DNA of 64,000 bases from Macrostomum lignano (taxonomy: Eukaryota): positions 124,001-188,000 of the forward strand of contig NIVC01000434.1 in the NCBI GenBank assembly GCA_002269645.1. The letters are read 5' to 3'. Shown piece by piece: positions 1 to 20,477 of the stretch. The translations under genes and the position numbers were made by a program. Positions within the stretch are counted from its first letter, which is position 1, and the number at the start of each line of letters is the position of its first letter. The notes under the pieces were generated by a model that worked only from the letters and a program-made list of their open reading frames with translations, was not told the DNA's origin and did not search any database.

Positions 1-1395
1 TTCCCCCTGTAAGCCCTGACATCTCAACAATTCACCCTGTAAGCCTTGACATCTCAGCATTACCCCCATGAGGCTTTACATCTCAACAATTACCCCGTGA
101 GCCTTGACATCTCAGCAATTCCCCCTGTAAGCCTTGACATCTCAGCAATTCCCCCTGTAAGCCTTGACATCTCAACATTTCCCCCTGTAAGCCTTGACAT
201 CTCAGCAATTCCCCCTGTAAGCCTTGACATCTCAGCAATTCCCCCTGTAAGCTTTGACATCTCAACAATTCCCCCTGTAAGCCTTGACATCTCAGCAATT
301 CCCCCTGTAAGCCCTGACATCTCAACAATTCACCCTGTAAGCCTTGACATCTCAGCAATTCCCCCTGTAAGCCTTGACATCTCAGCAATTCCCCCTGTAA
401 GCCCTGACATCTCAACAATTCACCCTGTAAGCCTTGACATCTCGGCATTACCCCCATGAGGCTTTACATCTCAACAATTACCCCGTGAGCCTTGACATCT
501 CAGCAATTCCCCCTGTAAGCCTTGACATCTCAGCAATTCCCCCTGTAAGCCTTGACATCTCAGCAATTCCCCCTGTAAGCTTTGACATCTCAACAATTCC
601 CCCTGTAAGCCTTGACATCTCAGCAATTCCCCCTGTAAGCCCTGACATCTCAACAATTCACCCTGTAAGCCTTGACATCTCAGCAATTCCCCCTGTAAGC
701 CTTGACATCTCAGCAATTCCCCCTGTAAGCCCTGACATCTCAACAATTCACCCTGTAAGCCTTGACATCTCGGCATTACCCCCATGAGGCTTTACATCTC
801 AACAATTACCCCGTGAGCCTTGACATCTCAGCAATTCCCCCTGTAAGCCTTGACATCTCAGCAATTCCCCCTGTAAGCCTTGACATCTCAGCAATTCCCC
901 CTGTGAGCCTTGACACTTCAGCAATTCCCCCTGTAAGCCCTGACATCTCAGCAATCCCCCCTGTAAGCCTTGACATCTCGGCAATTCCCCCTGTAAGCCT
1001 TGACCTCTCAGCAATTACCCCTGTGAGCCTTGACATCTCCGCTTTGAGCCTTGACATCTCCGCTTTGAGCCTTGACATCTCAGCAATTCCCCCTGTAAGC
1101 CTTGACATCTCAACATTTCCCCCTGTAAGCCTTGACATCTCAGCAATTCCCCCTGTAAGCCTTGACATCTCAACATTTCCCCCTGTAAGCCTTGACATCT
1201 AAGCAATTCCCCCTGTAAGCCTTGACACTTCAGCAATTCCCCCTGTAAGCCCTGACATCTCAGCAATTCCCCCTGTGAGCCCGGACACTTCAGCAATTCC
1301 CCCTGTAAGCCCTGACATCTCAGCAATTCCCCCTTTGAGCCCGGACACTTCAGCAATTCCCCCTGTACTCGTAAGCTTGGACATCTCAGCAATTC
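1..1395. repeat. 30-bp minisatellite array (CTCAGCAATTCCCCCTGTAAGCCTTGACAT), runs off the window start
   Basis: Direct tandem periodicity; a variant block CATTACCCCCATGAGGCTTTAC recurs at ~58, ~446, ~774. The ORFs called here are repeat artefacts. Confidence 0.95.
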
Positions 1396-1632
1396 CGATC
1401 CGGAAAATACTGCCCTATGGTCTTCATCTGTCTGTGATACAAAACTTATTTGAGTGTTTTTGGAGTCTAGTCTCTACTCCAGATTTTATTTATAGGACTC
1501 CCTTGGCCAGGTGAAATGTAGATACAGGGTGAGAGACTTATAAGGCTCAACCAGATGCAGCAGCACATCTTCGGGGTTAAAAAATGGTAAAGACATTCTT
1601 TTCTCTCTCTCTCTCTCCTAGCTTTTTCTTAG

Positions 1633-9778
<8,146 letters not shown>

Positions 9779-11189
9779 CCTGACGAGGTCTGATCAGTCG
9801 ACTTTTTGATAGTTTCACTAGCCACAACCAGCTACTGTAAAATTTTCAATCGTGAACGAAAAGCCACTGCTAAAAGCTACCATACTTGTTTTCCTATTAT
9901 TGCAATGTACCTTTTTCTGTGCTCGCTTCGCTGACCGCAGATGTACTGTTATATTGTCAGAAGGGTCGGCCAGGGACTCACAAATAAGCCGTCTCGACCA
10001 CGCCCTTGTTTCCCGATTTAGTCAGTTTCCAATAAGCTACTGAGTCAGTCCGTGCGTTATCAATGGATTTACCTGCGTCACGCTACCTGAATGACGTAAT
10101 TTAACTGTGTCTTCCTTTTACAGTTTTGCTCGTCGGTCAAATTTTCTGTAAGCATTATTACTAAAATGTGCACAAAATCTACGGCCGTATTTCTACCTAT
10201 ATGCCTATAGCTACCCCTTAGAACCCGCGCATGCCAGCTTAAGGACCGCACGCAGCAGTTTCTATAAAGGTACGATTACTTTCGATGTAGCTTTAATTAC
10301 TTCGAACGCTGAGGTTTTCACTTTTGTTTAAACGACGAATTCCTTAAAATTTGCGTTGTACTTTCAAATCGCTAATATTCATAGTCGGATAATAATTTTT
10401 GCCTTCAACATCCGCTTGTGAAGTCATGCAGAATGTGATTGCAGTCGCCTACCCATAATAATAGCTTAGATTCGTGCAGGTAACTCAATACCTGGCTCTG
10501 TAGTAGCTAGCTAGATTATCTACTCGTGACAGCGCTAAGTCCCCTTTTCACTAGCCTTCTATAGCTCTCCACTCTTCAAGTTAATTAGGCAGGTTTTGGC
10601 CGAGAGTCCCTCGGGTCTTCTTATTTTTGTCGTCCTTTGACAATTCGACTCTCGAACTAACAGGCTAATGAGACTCGCGCAGTCCATGCGCTTGTTTTAA
10701 TTAGCTAAAAGCTTATTTCGAAACTCTCCATTCGAACCTTCTTTTCTAGACTAAAAAGTACCACCCTAATATCGCTAAGGCTAAATCAAAGATGCATCGA
10801 GTTGCAAAGACTTCGGAAAATTTCGTTTGTATTTCTGCCAATACTTTTAGGTAATCTCGTCAATTTTTGTGAATGCTCAGCACAAAGTCAACTAAAAAAT
10901 AATTAATGCCTATTGTGAACCGGTCAGCCTGTCAGTTTTTGTTTATTAAAAGTCATTAAAAAATCGCCTTAAACTATTCATGGAGTCGAGCGGACAGGAT
11001 TCGTTCCGTATTAAACGCTTCGCTTTGCTAGGTCTTATGAATAATTTACCGACTATAAAATAAAGACTTTGCCACTGCTTTTTTGCGACCACAAACTCTT
11101 GCTTCTTAATTCTTGTGATCACAATCGTGTGTTTTCAGCACAGGATCAGCTGATATCTTTATTTCTAATAATAATTAACAATTGATTAC

Positions 11190-11412
11190 ATGCACCTGAA
11201 CTAATGAGCAGATGTGCAACCGACAGCTCAGCCGCAGCTATTGCGCGGCGCATCTGTGGGCTGCGTACGGCTGTTCAGTCGCCAAACACCCTCAATTACT
11301 CCAGCTAATGCTGGCACCCATTTTACAGCTGGGTGAACTGAAGCAATGCAGAGTTAAGTGTATTGCTCAGGGACACAGATTGTTCCGAGTGGGATCGGGA
11401 ATCGAACCCACG
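11190..11412 (-). mobile_element. tRNA-headed CORE-like SINE, head truncated
   Basis: Reverse complement carries B box GGTTCGATTCC then GTGTCCCTGAGCAATACACTTAACTCTGC...CTGTAAAATGGG; homologous to 13625-13870. Confidence 0.75.
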
Positions 11413-12210
11413 GGAATTTTCATAGGAAATTTTCAAAGTCCCTCTATCGCCTTAAAGATTCAAATAAAATGCAAGTATATAGTTTAAATAATTAATCGAT
11501 TTCTCTTTCAAAAAATTTAATAAGAGCTAGAATTTTAATTGGAAAACTTCCCATTCTACAGTATATATATTAATGTTTCTAACTAATTAGCGTGTACCCT
11601 CGCCCCCATGAGTCACTCAGTTGCATGCGTCAGTCATTTCAGCATATTCAACATGTTAGTCAACGAGCCACGCCTTTTAACTGCTTGACGAACCCACTTC
11701 AGCTCACAACATAAGCTTGAGCTTCTCTACATGGACAGACCCATTTTTAGCCAGCAGATTCCTTCCTACCGGCTCCCTCTCCGCATCGAGCATCAGGAGC
11801 TTAGATTTTGTCTATCGTTTTCTCTGCTCTTACCTTCGTTTTTTTGGATGGAGAGCTGCCACACCCAAGAGCTGCCACTCCCTCGCCCGCCTCTCAAACT
11901 CTTCCTTCCTGCGTTCCCTTCTACTCGCCATCTCGCCGTTCTCACGCTCAGCCGCGTGCGCGAGGAATCCTACAATAAGGCGACCATCGCTGTTTGATTC
12001 GATCTTCTTCTCCAATCGGCCCTTGCTTGTTCGTCCTTCCTATAACATCATCCTCTTCCTAACTGTAGAAGAAATCCCTCAATACAATTTTTCACTGACC
12101 AAGGCCTCGGTCAGACAGCCGTCATATCCTTGTCTAGTGTGGTTGAGAATTAAAGGTATCAAGCCTCTACATGGTTGTGAAATACAGCAACCACATTAGT
12201 CTGAATTGCA

Positions 12211-13479
12211 ATGCTTTCTTCTGCCGACGAAAATTCAACTTCTACCGCGCCTAACTCGTGCGATCTTGTCCAGTTGAAGCCATCCTGGATTGCGGCCTGC
12301 TCCGTTGGACTCAATGGTGGAGTGGGCCTGATTGGCTTATTATTGGTTGGCATCAACCTGGTCGCCCTGTCCCGCGATCAGGTCATGCGCCCAGCAGCCA
12401 AGCTGCCCTACACCGCCGCGGGCATCGCCAACGTCGGCATCTACGCCAGCATGCAGCTGGACTCTGCTCGAGTCCTCCTGTCAGCTACCACAGCTTCGTT
12501 TGTTTTGCCTTCGCCGCTGCGACTTCTGCACGCTGCAGTTTATGCAACCTGCACAGAGTTCATCCTGCTCGCTGGTGCAGTTGCCGCTCTTCAACGCCTG
12601 GCTGCCGCTCGACTATTAGAGGACAGACGAGTTCTGAACAGTGCCGGATTACCTGCCGCAGCTCTCCTAATTGGGGGCGCCATTTTGGCTATTAAGAACG
12701 CCTCCGTCGGTTATTTGACGCCAATCAATCTGACACCTCTGGCAGTGAGCAGCATGGCACAGGATTTGCTGCGACAGTCGAAGCGTGAACCGCGGTTACC
12801 CCCGTTGATAGTTGGTCATGCGGCCGCGACAGTGACGCTGCTGTGCGCCGGACTTGCACTCAGTCTCGCCAGTTATACAGCCTCAAGCCGACGCCGAAGA
12901 AAGCTGTCAGCGACAGTGTCAACCACTCAACGCGGCTTGCCAATGTCATCGGTGTCCTCGAATAACAACGCAGCCACAACAACCAATGCAACAGCTATTG
13001 CCGTTACAGCGATATCATCTGTTGTACCAAGCGCTTCTATTAGCACTCTGGCTTCATTTCCCACCGCTGCTACAACCACTGCTTCAGTGGACACGCTGTG
13101 TCCGAACCCCACCGCTGCCACCAGTGCGTCATCCCGGAGCGGCTTATCATCAACGCGTTCCCGGGCAACCCGACGCCAGCTATCGGCGGCTTTGTTTGCC
13201 GCTTTTCACGCCGTGCTCCTGACTGTTATTGCGCTTTGCTTGGCCTGTCAGATATTCATGGCTACTTGGAAGGAAAGCAGTGACTATCTGATTCCTGAGA
13301 CAACGAACCGCCAATGCGACTCGGAGTGGATGGAGCACTCAGGATTGTTTCTACTGTACTCCACGACTGCAGTTTGCGTGCCTCACTTACTACTATGCGG
13401 ACGAACTTTCGTATACTATGTATGCCTCACCAGCTTCAGGACAGCATTGAGGTCTGTGCTGTGTTCTAACCCGGCCTGA
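12211..13479 (+). CDS. Intronless divergent class A-like 7TM receptor, 422 aa
   Basis: ATG-to-stop ORF with about seven hydrophobic segments, a long Ser/Thr-rich third loop and a helix-8-like end VYYVCLTSFRTALRSVLC; DRY position reads LQRL. Confidence 0.65.
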   Translation: MLSSADENSTSTAPNSCDLVQLKPSWIAACSVGLNGGVGLIGLLLVGINLVALSRDQVMRPAAKLPYTAAGIANVGIYASMQLDSARVLLSATTASFVLPSPLRLLHAAVYATCTEFILLAGAVAALQRLAAARLLEDRRVLNSAGLPAAALLIGGAILAIKNASVGYLTPINLTPLAVSSMAQDLLRQSKREPRLPPLIVGHAAATVTLLCAGLALSLASYTASSRRRRKLSATVSTTQRGLPMSSVSSNNNAATTTNATAIAVTAISSVVPSASISTLASFPTAATTTASVDTLCPNPTAATSASSRSGLSSTRSRATRRQLSAALFAAFHAVLLTVIALCLACQIFMATWKESSDYLIPETTNRQCDSEWMEHSGLFLLYSTTAVCVPHLLLCGRTFVYYVCLTSFRTALRSVLCSNPA

Positions 13480-13624
13480 ATACGCAGAACGAACTGATTG
13501 AATTTTGTTGCATAAATACACTGTATTTTTACGAGCTAATATCTGAAATTGGCTGTTTGTTCGGTAACACACTCGCACAGTACTCTTGTTGCATGCGTGT
13601 ATCAATGTGTTTCCGTTTCCTTTG

Positions 13625-13870
13625 TAGCCTAAAATGGTTAGAGCGTCAGACTCACGACTGAAAGGTCGAGGGTTCGATTCCTGATCCCACTTAAAACAAT
13701 TTGGTGTCCTTGAGCAAGACACTTAACTCTGCATCGCTTCAGTTCACCCAGCTGTGCAATGGGTGCCAGCATTAGCTGGGGTGATTGAGGGTGTGTGGCG
13801 ACTCCCCAGTCCGTGGGGCACCCACAGTCGGTTGCACATCCCATAGGGCAAGGTGTAATAAAAAGCTTGC
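13625..13870 (+). mobile_element. tRNA-headed CORE-like SINE
   Basis: A box TAGCCTAAAATGG, B box GGTTCGATTCC, then GTGTCCTTGAGCAAGACACTTAACTC resembling the MIR CORE segment; second copy at 11.2-11.4 kb. Confidence 0.8.
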
Positions 13871-15287
13871 CTAATCGAATTACCGGTATTGTGCGCAATG
13901 ACACTAATTTAAGGATACGACCTTAATGAATATAAGGTTCTTCGTTTTCATTTAACGCATAAATTTATAGGTACTAAGCGATCAAAATACTCGTATCATT
14001 TGACGAGTAGTCTAAGCTAGTGTGGCATTAGCATCAAAGTAAAATAAAAATAAAAATGCAATTGAACTCTGTGCTTGGGTATAGTGCGTGTAGTTGGGTT
14101 TAAGAAGCAGTTTTTTTTCTGCTTATTAGGTAAGGTTATTTGCGTTGTATTTTATCTGAGGTATTAATGTTTAATATATATTAGCGGTACACTTAGTATA
14201 GAAGTATCTGACTTGAATTCCCTGTGCGCAACAAGTAGGTAGTTTGACAGCAAATCGTTGGTGAGTGCTTTTTTTCAGAAAAAAGGATTGGCAGGAGAGC
14301 ACGGAAGCGGCTGCAAGCAGGTGAGAAAAGAACGGCGCAAATTTTGTTTCAAATTTAAAAGGCGAAAAACCAAACGCAAAAATAGGGCGCGCGTTCGTTT
14401 GACACGGCCTCCGACAAAAGCGAAATATTGCAACACTGAATGAAACTCAATCGACCAGATAAAACCGATTGAGGCAAATTTATGGTTGATCATTGGGAGA
14501 GTTGCTGGTCAGCCAAAAAAATAAATAAAACAGCACATCCTCGCCATTAGGGAAAAGCATTTGGCAAATAACAGATTCTTGTTCGAGATTGTTGCAAAGT
14601 AGGGTTTAGCAATGAAAATTAACAGTGTTTTAAGCAATATTTATGTATAAACTACGCATTTTCATAACTCAGTAGCGTAGCAGGTTGAAACAGCAAACTG
14701 GGACTTGAATCTGGTCAAATCTGACAACTGAACGCGACGGATTGCGCCATGCTTCCAAACGCAGAATTGAAGACTTGGAATATTATAAAAAATGAAAACT
14801 ACAATATTGGCAAGTGAACGCAAACAGTGCAAGGTTGAGCAAGCAAAGTCGACGAACTGTAATACTAAGGAAGCCTATAGTAGTTATTGCGCATGGCTTA
14901 AGAACGCAAAAATCTTATTTAAACGGCAACTACAGCGGAAATGCACCAAGTCACCGGCACCCTGGATCTTTATACTCAGCTTCCAGACTGTCCTCGCTTA
15001 AGAAATAAACTTCTTGGGATAAAAATATGAAAGTTGGAAAAATGTTTGAAAGAAAGACAGAAAAATGAACAGACTCTTCGGTTTTCCTATACTCGTGTAA
15101 AAGACGGCGGGTGCACAAAACTTTCGCTCATCCCAGACAACTGTCCGCACGAGCAGACCTTCAATAACAGCCCCTCAACCTGATGTTTTCACTCCACTCT
15201 ATATCCCGAATCAAACATTAGAACACTGTGACATGTTTTTTTCACCTGACAAATAATTAGTCCATCCGAAATCGCAGCTCCATCCGT

Positions 15288-15700
15288 TTACAAGCGATGG
15301 CCCAGAAGCTTGAAGTCGTGACGAGATGGTTCACCAAACGGACCAATGCTGCCAAAGAGCAGATCGCTGCAGTCCAGCAGCTGTTGCTGCTGCTGCGACT
15401 TCGATGTCTGCTGTCCCTGCGGCTGCAGCTGGTTAAACAGCATGGATGAGGCCAAAGATGATGAGTCAGAGTTGCCGCTATTAACATTACCAGCCCTGCT
15501 GCTGGATGAATAGCAGCACGACGGAGTTGGTGGACTGCTGAAATTGCCACCAAGGAAATCGAAACTGCCGACAGATTTATAACTGTGCTGCTGCTGCTGC
15601 TGCTGCTGCTGCATAGGCGAACCGATGATGCCGTAGATTCCCAGGCCACTGCAGATTCCGTTATCAATGGACGAGATGGGGGAATCGTTGCCATTATCTG

Positions 15701-15731
<31 letters not shown>

Positions 15732-16799
15732 ACCGCTGCTGCCGCTTCTAGGGTCGGAGATGGCTCCGTACTCGCCGTGACCGGCCGCCGACCCACCGTT
15801 ACTATGGGCCTGGGTGGTACTGTTGTTGCTAGTCGACGAAGCTGTCGCAGCAGCGGCGGCGGCGGCGGCGGCGGCGGCCAGCGCAGGCAGGCTATAGTAG
15901 AGCAGCTCACCGTTCTGCCCGATCACGGCTGGAGCGGCCGCGGCGGTCGGGCCCGATCCGCCAGCTGAACTGTTGGCCGTGGTTTTCAAGCAAGTGGGCA
16001 GGCTAGAGGCAAGCAGCTGGGCAGCAGCCGAAGCCGACACAGCATCCAATGGCGCTGCTGCGGTTGGCCATTGCAGAGCAGACGCCGAACAGGCCACCGT
16101 CGGGCAGACGTTCGAAGTTGACGTGGAAGCGGCGGCGGTGGCAGTTGGCGCAGCAATGATCTGGGCGGCGCCAACGCCGGGAGCGGCAGTTGAGAACAAC
16201 GGCAGCTGAGGAGCGCCGCCCAGATAGATTGGCGTGCAGTAGCCAAATGGCAGAGCCGTGAGCAGCTGAGGCAGACCCGAGTCTGGCCGGCGGTAAAGCA
16301 GGTACTGCACTGGCGCAGCCGTAGCAGAATCCGGTAGAAAGGCAGTAGCAGTTGCCGACCCATCAATAGCACCACCAGCGCTGCTTCCGCTGTTGTTACC
16401 GTGCTCCATCTTGGTAGACAACTTCTTAACAGCCTTGGATATGTTCAGCTTGCGATCCTTGAATATGATGTTGTCATACTCGGACGAGTTTAATATCGCC
16501 TGGGCCATTTCACGAGTTTCAAACGTGACAAATCCGTAGCCCTTTGAGACTCCGGTTTTATCAGAGATAATCTTTATATCCTTGATCTCAGCCTTGTTAA
16601 ACTTCTCAGCCAAGAAGGCGCGCAACTCGCTCACGTTCGCATGCGACGGAATGCCGCCCACAAAAATGCGATTCTCAATCACAGTTTCTAGCTGAGGCGT
16701 CTGCTGCGGCTGAGACGGCTGCTGCTGCTGCGGCTTCGGCGAAGCTGGCTGCGATCGAACCGGAGACAAAATCATCGACGTTGCAACATCAGTGGCCAT
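15288..16799 (-). CDS. boule: Boule/DAZ-family RRM protein, 503 aa, uninterrupted ORF
   Basis: NRIFVGGI (RNP2) and DKTGVSKGYGFVTFET (RNP1) are the Boule/DAZL RRM signature; low-complexity Ala/Ser/Gln tail. Confidence 0.88.
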
Positions 16800-17239
16800 G
16801 GCGGGTACTTCCGTTGAATACGCTTCGATGAGAGCAAGATTTCTGACTGACGACCAGCGCTTCTCTTAAAACCTTCTAATAACTAACTTGATAAGCCAGA
16901 TCGAGCGGTCCCGCGCGGCCCGAGCTCAGCTGCCCAGCTGTGGCGAACAGTTGCTCATCTTGTCTATGGGGCCAACTGGACACAGTTGGAGTCCATTATC
17001 GCATAAACAAACTATGTCAAGCATGACACATCATTGGTTTCAGTGCGCAAGTACTATTATACCCAACATACGTAAGCGACTCTTACAGCATGAACAGAGA
17101 AGGTTATATATATATATTATATTATAATATTATATCGCTACGATTCTCAAAATTTTCTTCTTTACTCAAAAATCTTCTTTACTGCGTTTGACGGACGAAT
17201 CTTAAATAAAGGTCTTTCCTTTGGAGCTTTATAGGGCAT

Positions 17240-18135
17240 GTCTCAAGGGAGATTATCCTTTTCAGAGAAGAATCAAGGGAGATTATCCTTTTCAGAGAAG
17301 AATCAAGGGAGATTATACTTTTCAGAGAAGAATCTCAAGGGAGATTATCCTTTTCAGAGAAGAATCTCAAGGGAGATTATCCTTTTCAGAGAAGAATCAA
17401 GGGAGATTATCCTTTTCAGAGAAGAATCAAGGGAGATTATCCTTTTCAGAGAAGAATCTCAAGGGAGATTATCCTTTTCAGAGAAGAATCTCAAGGGAGA
17501 TTATACTTTTCAGAGAAGAATCTCAAGGGAGATTATCCTTTTCAGAGAAGAATCAAGGGAGATTATCCTTTTCAGAGAATCTCAAAGGAGATTATCCTTT
17601 TCAGAGAAGAATCTCAAGGGAGATTATCCTTTTAGAGAAGAATCTCAAGGGAGATTATCCTTTTCAGAGAAGAATCTCAAGGGAGATGATCCTTTCAGGG
17701 AAGAATCTCAAGGGAGATTATCCTTTCAGGGAAGAATCTCAAGGGAGATTATCATTTTCAGAGAAGAAAAAAATCACAAGGAGATTATTTTTTTCTTGGA
17801 TGAAACTCAAGGAAGATTATGCTTCAGAGAATCTCAAGGGAGATTATCCTATTCAGAGCAGAATCTCAAGGGAGATCATCATTTTCAGAGAATCTCAAGG
17901 GAGATTATCCTATTCAGAGCAGAATCTCAAGGGAGATCATCCTTTTCAGAGAATCTCAAGGGAGATTATACTTTTCAGAGAAGAATCTCAAGAGAGATTA
18001 TCCTTTTCAGAGAAGAATCAAGGGAGATTATCCTTTTCAGAGAAGAATCAAGGGAGATTATCCTTTTCAGAGAAGAGTCTCAAGAGAGATAATCTTTTTC
18101 AGAGAAGAATCTCAAAGGAGATTATCCTTTTGAAA
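17240..18135. repeat. 28-30-bp minisatellite (GAGAAGAATCTCAAGGGAGATTATCCTTTTCA)
   Basis: Direct tandem periodicity; all frames give repeat peptides. Confidence 0.93.
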
Positions 18136-18864
18136 GACAAATCGGAGAGCTTTGACAAGAGCAACTGATGTTATTCACCCGAGTAGTGTAAATTCTCCGA
18201 ATAGGATTAAGACTTTAATACACATTTTCAAGAAAAAATAAAAATAATTTTAAGCAAATATCTTTTTAATTTTTGTTTGTAGGTAAGTTAGAAACTATGC
18301 ATAGAATATATTAAATATATTAAATAAGTTAATAGCAAAGTATGAAAATATATAAGTAGAGGCACGAGAGGGCTTTTCTATTTAGATAGAAATCAAATTA
18401 TATTCCAAAGATTATATCAAGCACGGGTCGATGAACTACTAATTGATTTTTATAACATGTTAACACATAGAGTACTAAGAAAGCGCATCATTTTTGTAGG
18501 CTACTAAGAGCTACATAAATAAACCATTTTGCAAGCTAGAAAGAGCATGTGATTCCAAATTAATATTAGACAGAGTATGATCGGAATAATAAGTAGCTAG
18601 CAGGAATAAGTAGTATGCGCAGGATATTAAATAGCATCGAATCATGACGATTGATAAACAAATGTGTGATTAAAATATTTTAGGCCTGTTTTGATAAGCA
18701 AAAAATCAACGTATAAAGGACGGTTAAAGTCAATGGAAACGTGATAGGTGTCAAATTATCTAGGAAGTTTATGGGTATAACTGCATGACATCATTTTCCT
18801 TTCTTTTTCTTTTTTCTTGTCATTTGTCCTTTTTCTTCTTTACATAACGATTGAGCAGATGAGA

Positions 18865-19700
18865 ATCCTACAGAAGGCGCCGCAACCACCTCAGAATCCT
18901 TCAGAAGGCGCCGCAACCACCTCAGAATCCTTCAGAAGGCGCCGCTACCACCTCAGAATCCTTCAGAAGGCGCCGCTACCACCTCCGAATATTTCAGAAG
19001 GCGCCGCTACCACCTCAGAATCCTTCAGAAGGCGCCGCTACCACCTCAGAATCCTTCAGAAGGCGCCGCTACCACCTCCGAATATTTCAGAGGGCGCCGC
19101 AACCACCTCAGAATCCTTCAGAAGGCGCCGCAACCACCTCAGAATCCTTCAGAAGGCGCCGCTACCACCTCAGAATCCTTCAGAAGGCGCCGCTAACACC
19201 TCAGAATCCTTCAGAAGGCGCCGCTACCACCTCAGAATCCTTCAGAAGGCGCCGCTACCACCTCAGAATCCTTCAGAAGGCGCCGCTACCACCTCAGAAT
19301 CCTTCAGAAGGCGCCGCTAACACCTCAGAATCCTTCAGAAGGCGCCGCTACCACCTCAGAATCCTTTAGAAGGCGCCGCTACCACCTCAGAATCCTTCAG
19401 AAGGCGCCGCTACCACCTCAGAATCCTTCAGAAGGCGCCGCTACCACCTCAGAATCCTTCAGAAGGCGCCGCTACCACCTCAGAATCCTTTAGAAGGCGC
19501 CGCTACCACCTCAGAATCCTTCAGAAGGCGCCGCTACCACCTCAGAATCCTTCAGAAGGCGCCGCTACCACCTCCGAATCCTTCAGAAGGCGCCGCAACC
19601 ACCTCAGAATCCTTCAGAAGGCGCCGCTACCACCTCAGAAGGCGCCGCAACCACCTCAGAATCCTTCAGAAGGCGCCGCTACCACCCACCTCCGAATACT
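18865..19700. repeat. 31-bp minisatellite (CAGAAGGCGCCGCTACCACCTCAGAATCCTT)
   Basis: Direct tandem periodicity. Confidence 0.93.
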
Positions 19701-20477
19701 TCAGTTCGTAAAAAATCCACTTTATTTTTCAAAGTGGATAGATAATTCATCAGTTACGGTAAATGAGCGAGTAACAACTTCAATACGTAATACTTTGTTA
19801 TAAAAAATCTCATTGAGCTTCGCTTCAAAAAGGATTTGATCAGAATTTTTTAAATACGGAAATTTTTACGCCTCGTTGTGAAGCTGAAGCCCAACAGAAA
19901 GTTACAAAAGTTACGATTCGTTAATTTGAAAATAAAATGTGAAAACAAAATAATACGAGAATTTCAGTTAATAACAATAATAATATCTGGAAATTAGCTG
20001 GGCTTTCAAATTAGCTCTGGTGTTGGAGTGAAATCAAACTCAGACTACGCTTTAGACTAATTAAGAAAATTACAGCCAAGAATTCCTGTACACGGGGTTT
20101 CTAAATAATAATGAGGGTAAAAGGTGGGAGTAAACACAGCTGTATATGTAAAGGCTATTGCCTCGTCGTCTAATTAGTAGTACTTTCTTTCCAATACATT
20201 ACAATAGCAATCCGACCCGCTCAAGGTTTGTACCTCTTCTCAGCTCTCTTCTTTAATCTCATCTCTATCTTCTCTATTCTCCCTCCTCTGATCCGCAGTC
20301 AATGCGCTAGGTTCTCTATCTGGCCCTGTGCCAGACGATTCACAGGTTAATAGATTTTGCTCTTTTTTCATAGCGCCAAATAGGGTTTCACCATAGACAA
20401 ATTCTGCCCTGAAATATCCGGCTTGACACAAAAAATCACACAGAATCAACTGCTGGACAAGATAAATTGTAAACTGT

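Noticed and set aside
1-1395. Regular 30-bp repeats as a CRISPR array or repeat protein
   Set aside because: Units are contiguous with no unique spacers, there are no cas genes, the context is eukaryotic, and several frames on both strands are open, as expected for a satellite.
13625-13700. tRNA gene
   Set aside because: A and B boxes are present but there is no complete acceptor stem, and it continues into a SINE body shared with another copy.
17221-18168. 315-aa and 284-aa repeat ORFs upstream of boule
   Set aside because: All three frames give the same permuted peptides from a 28-30-bp array; no splice or start context.
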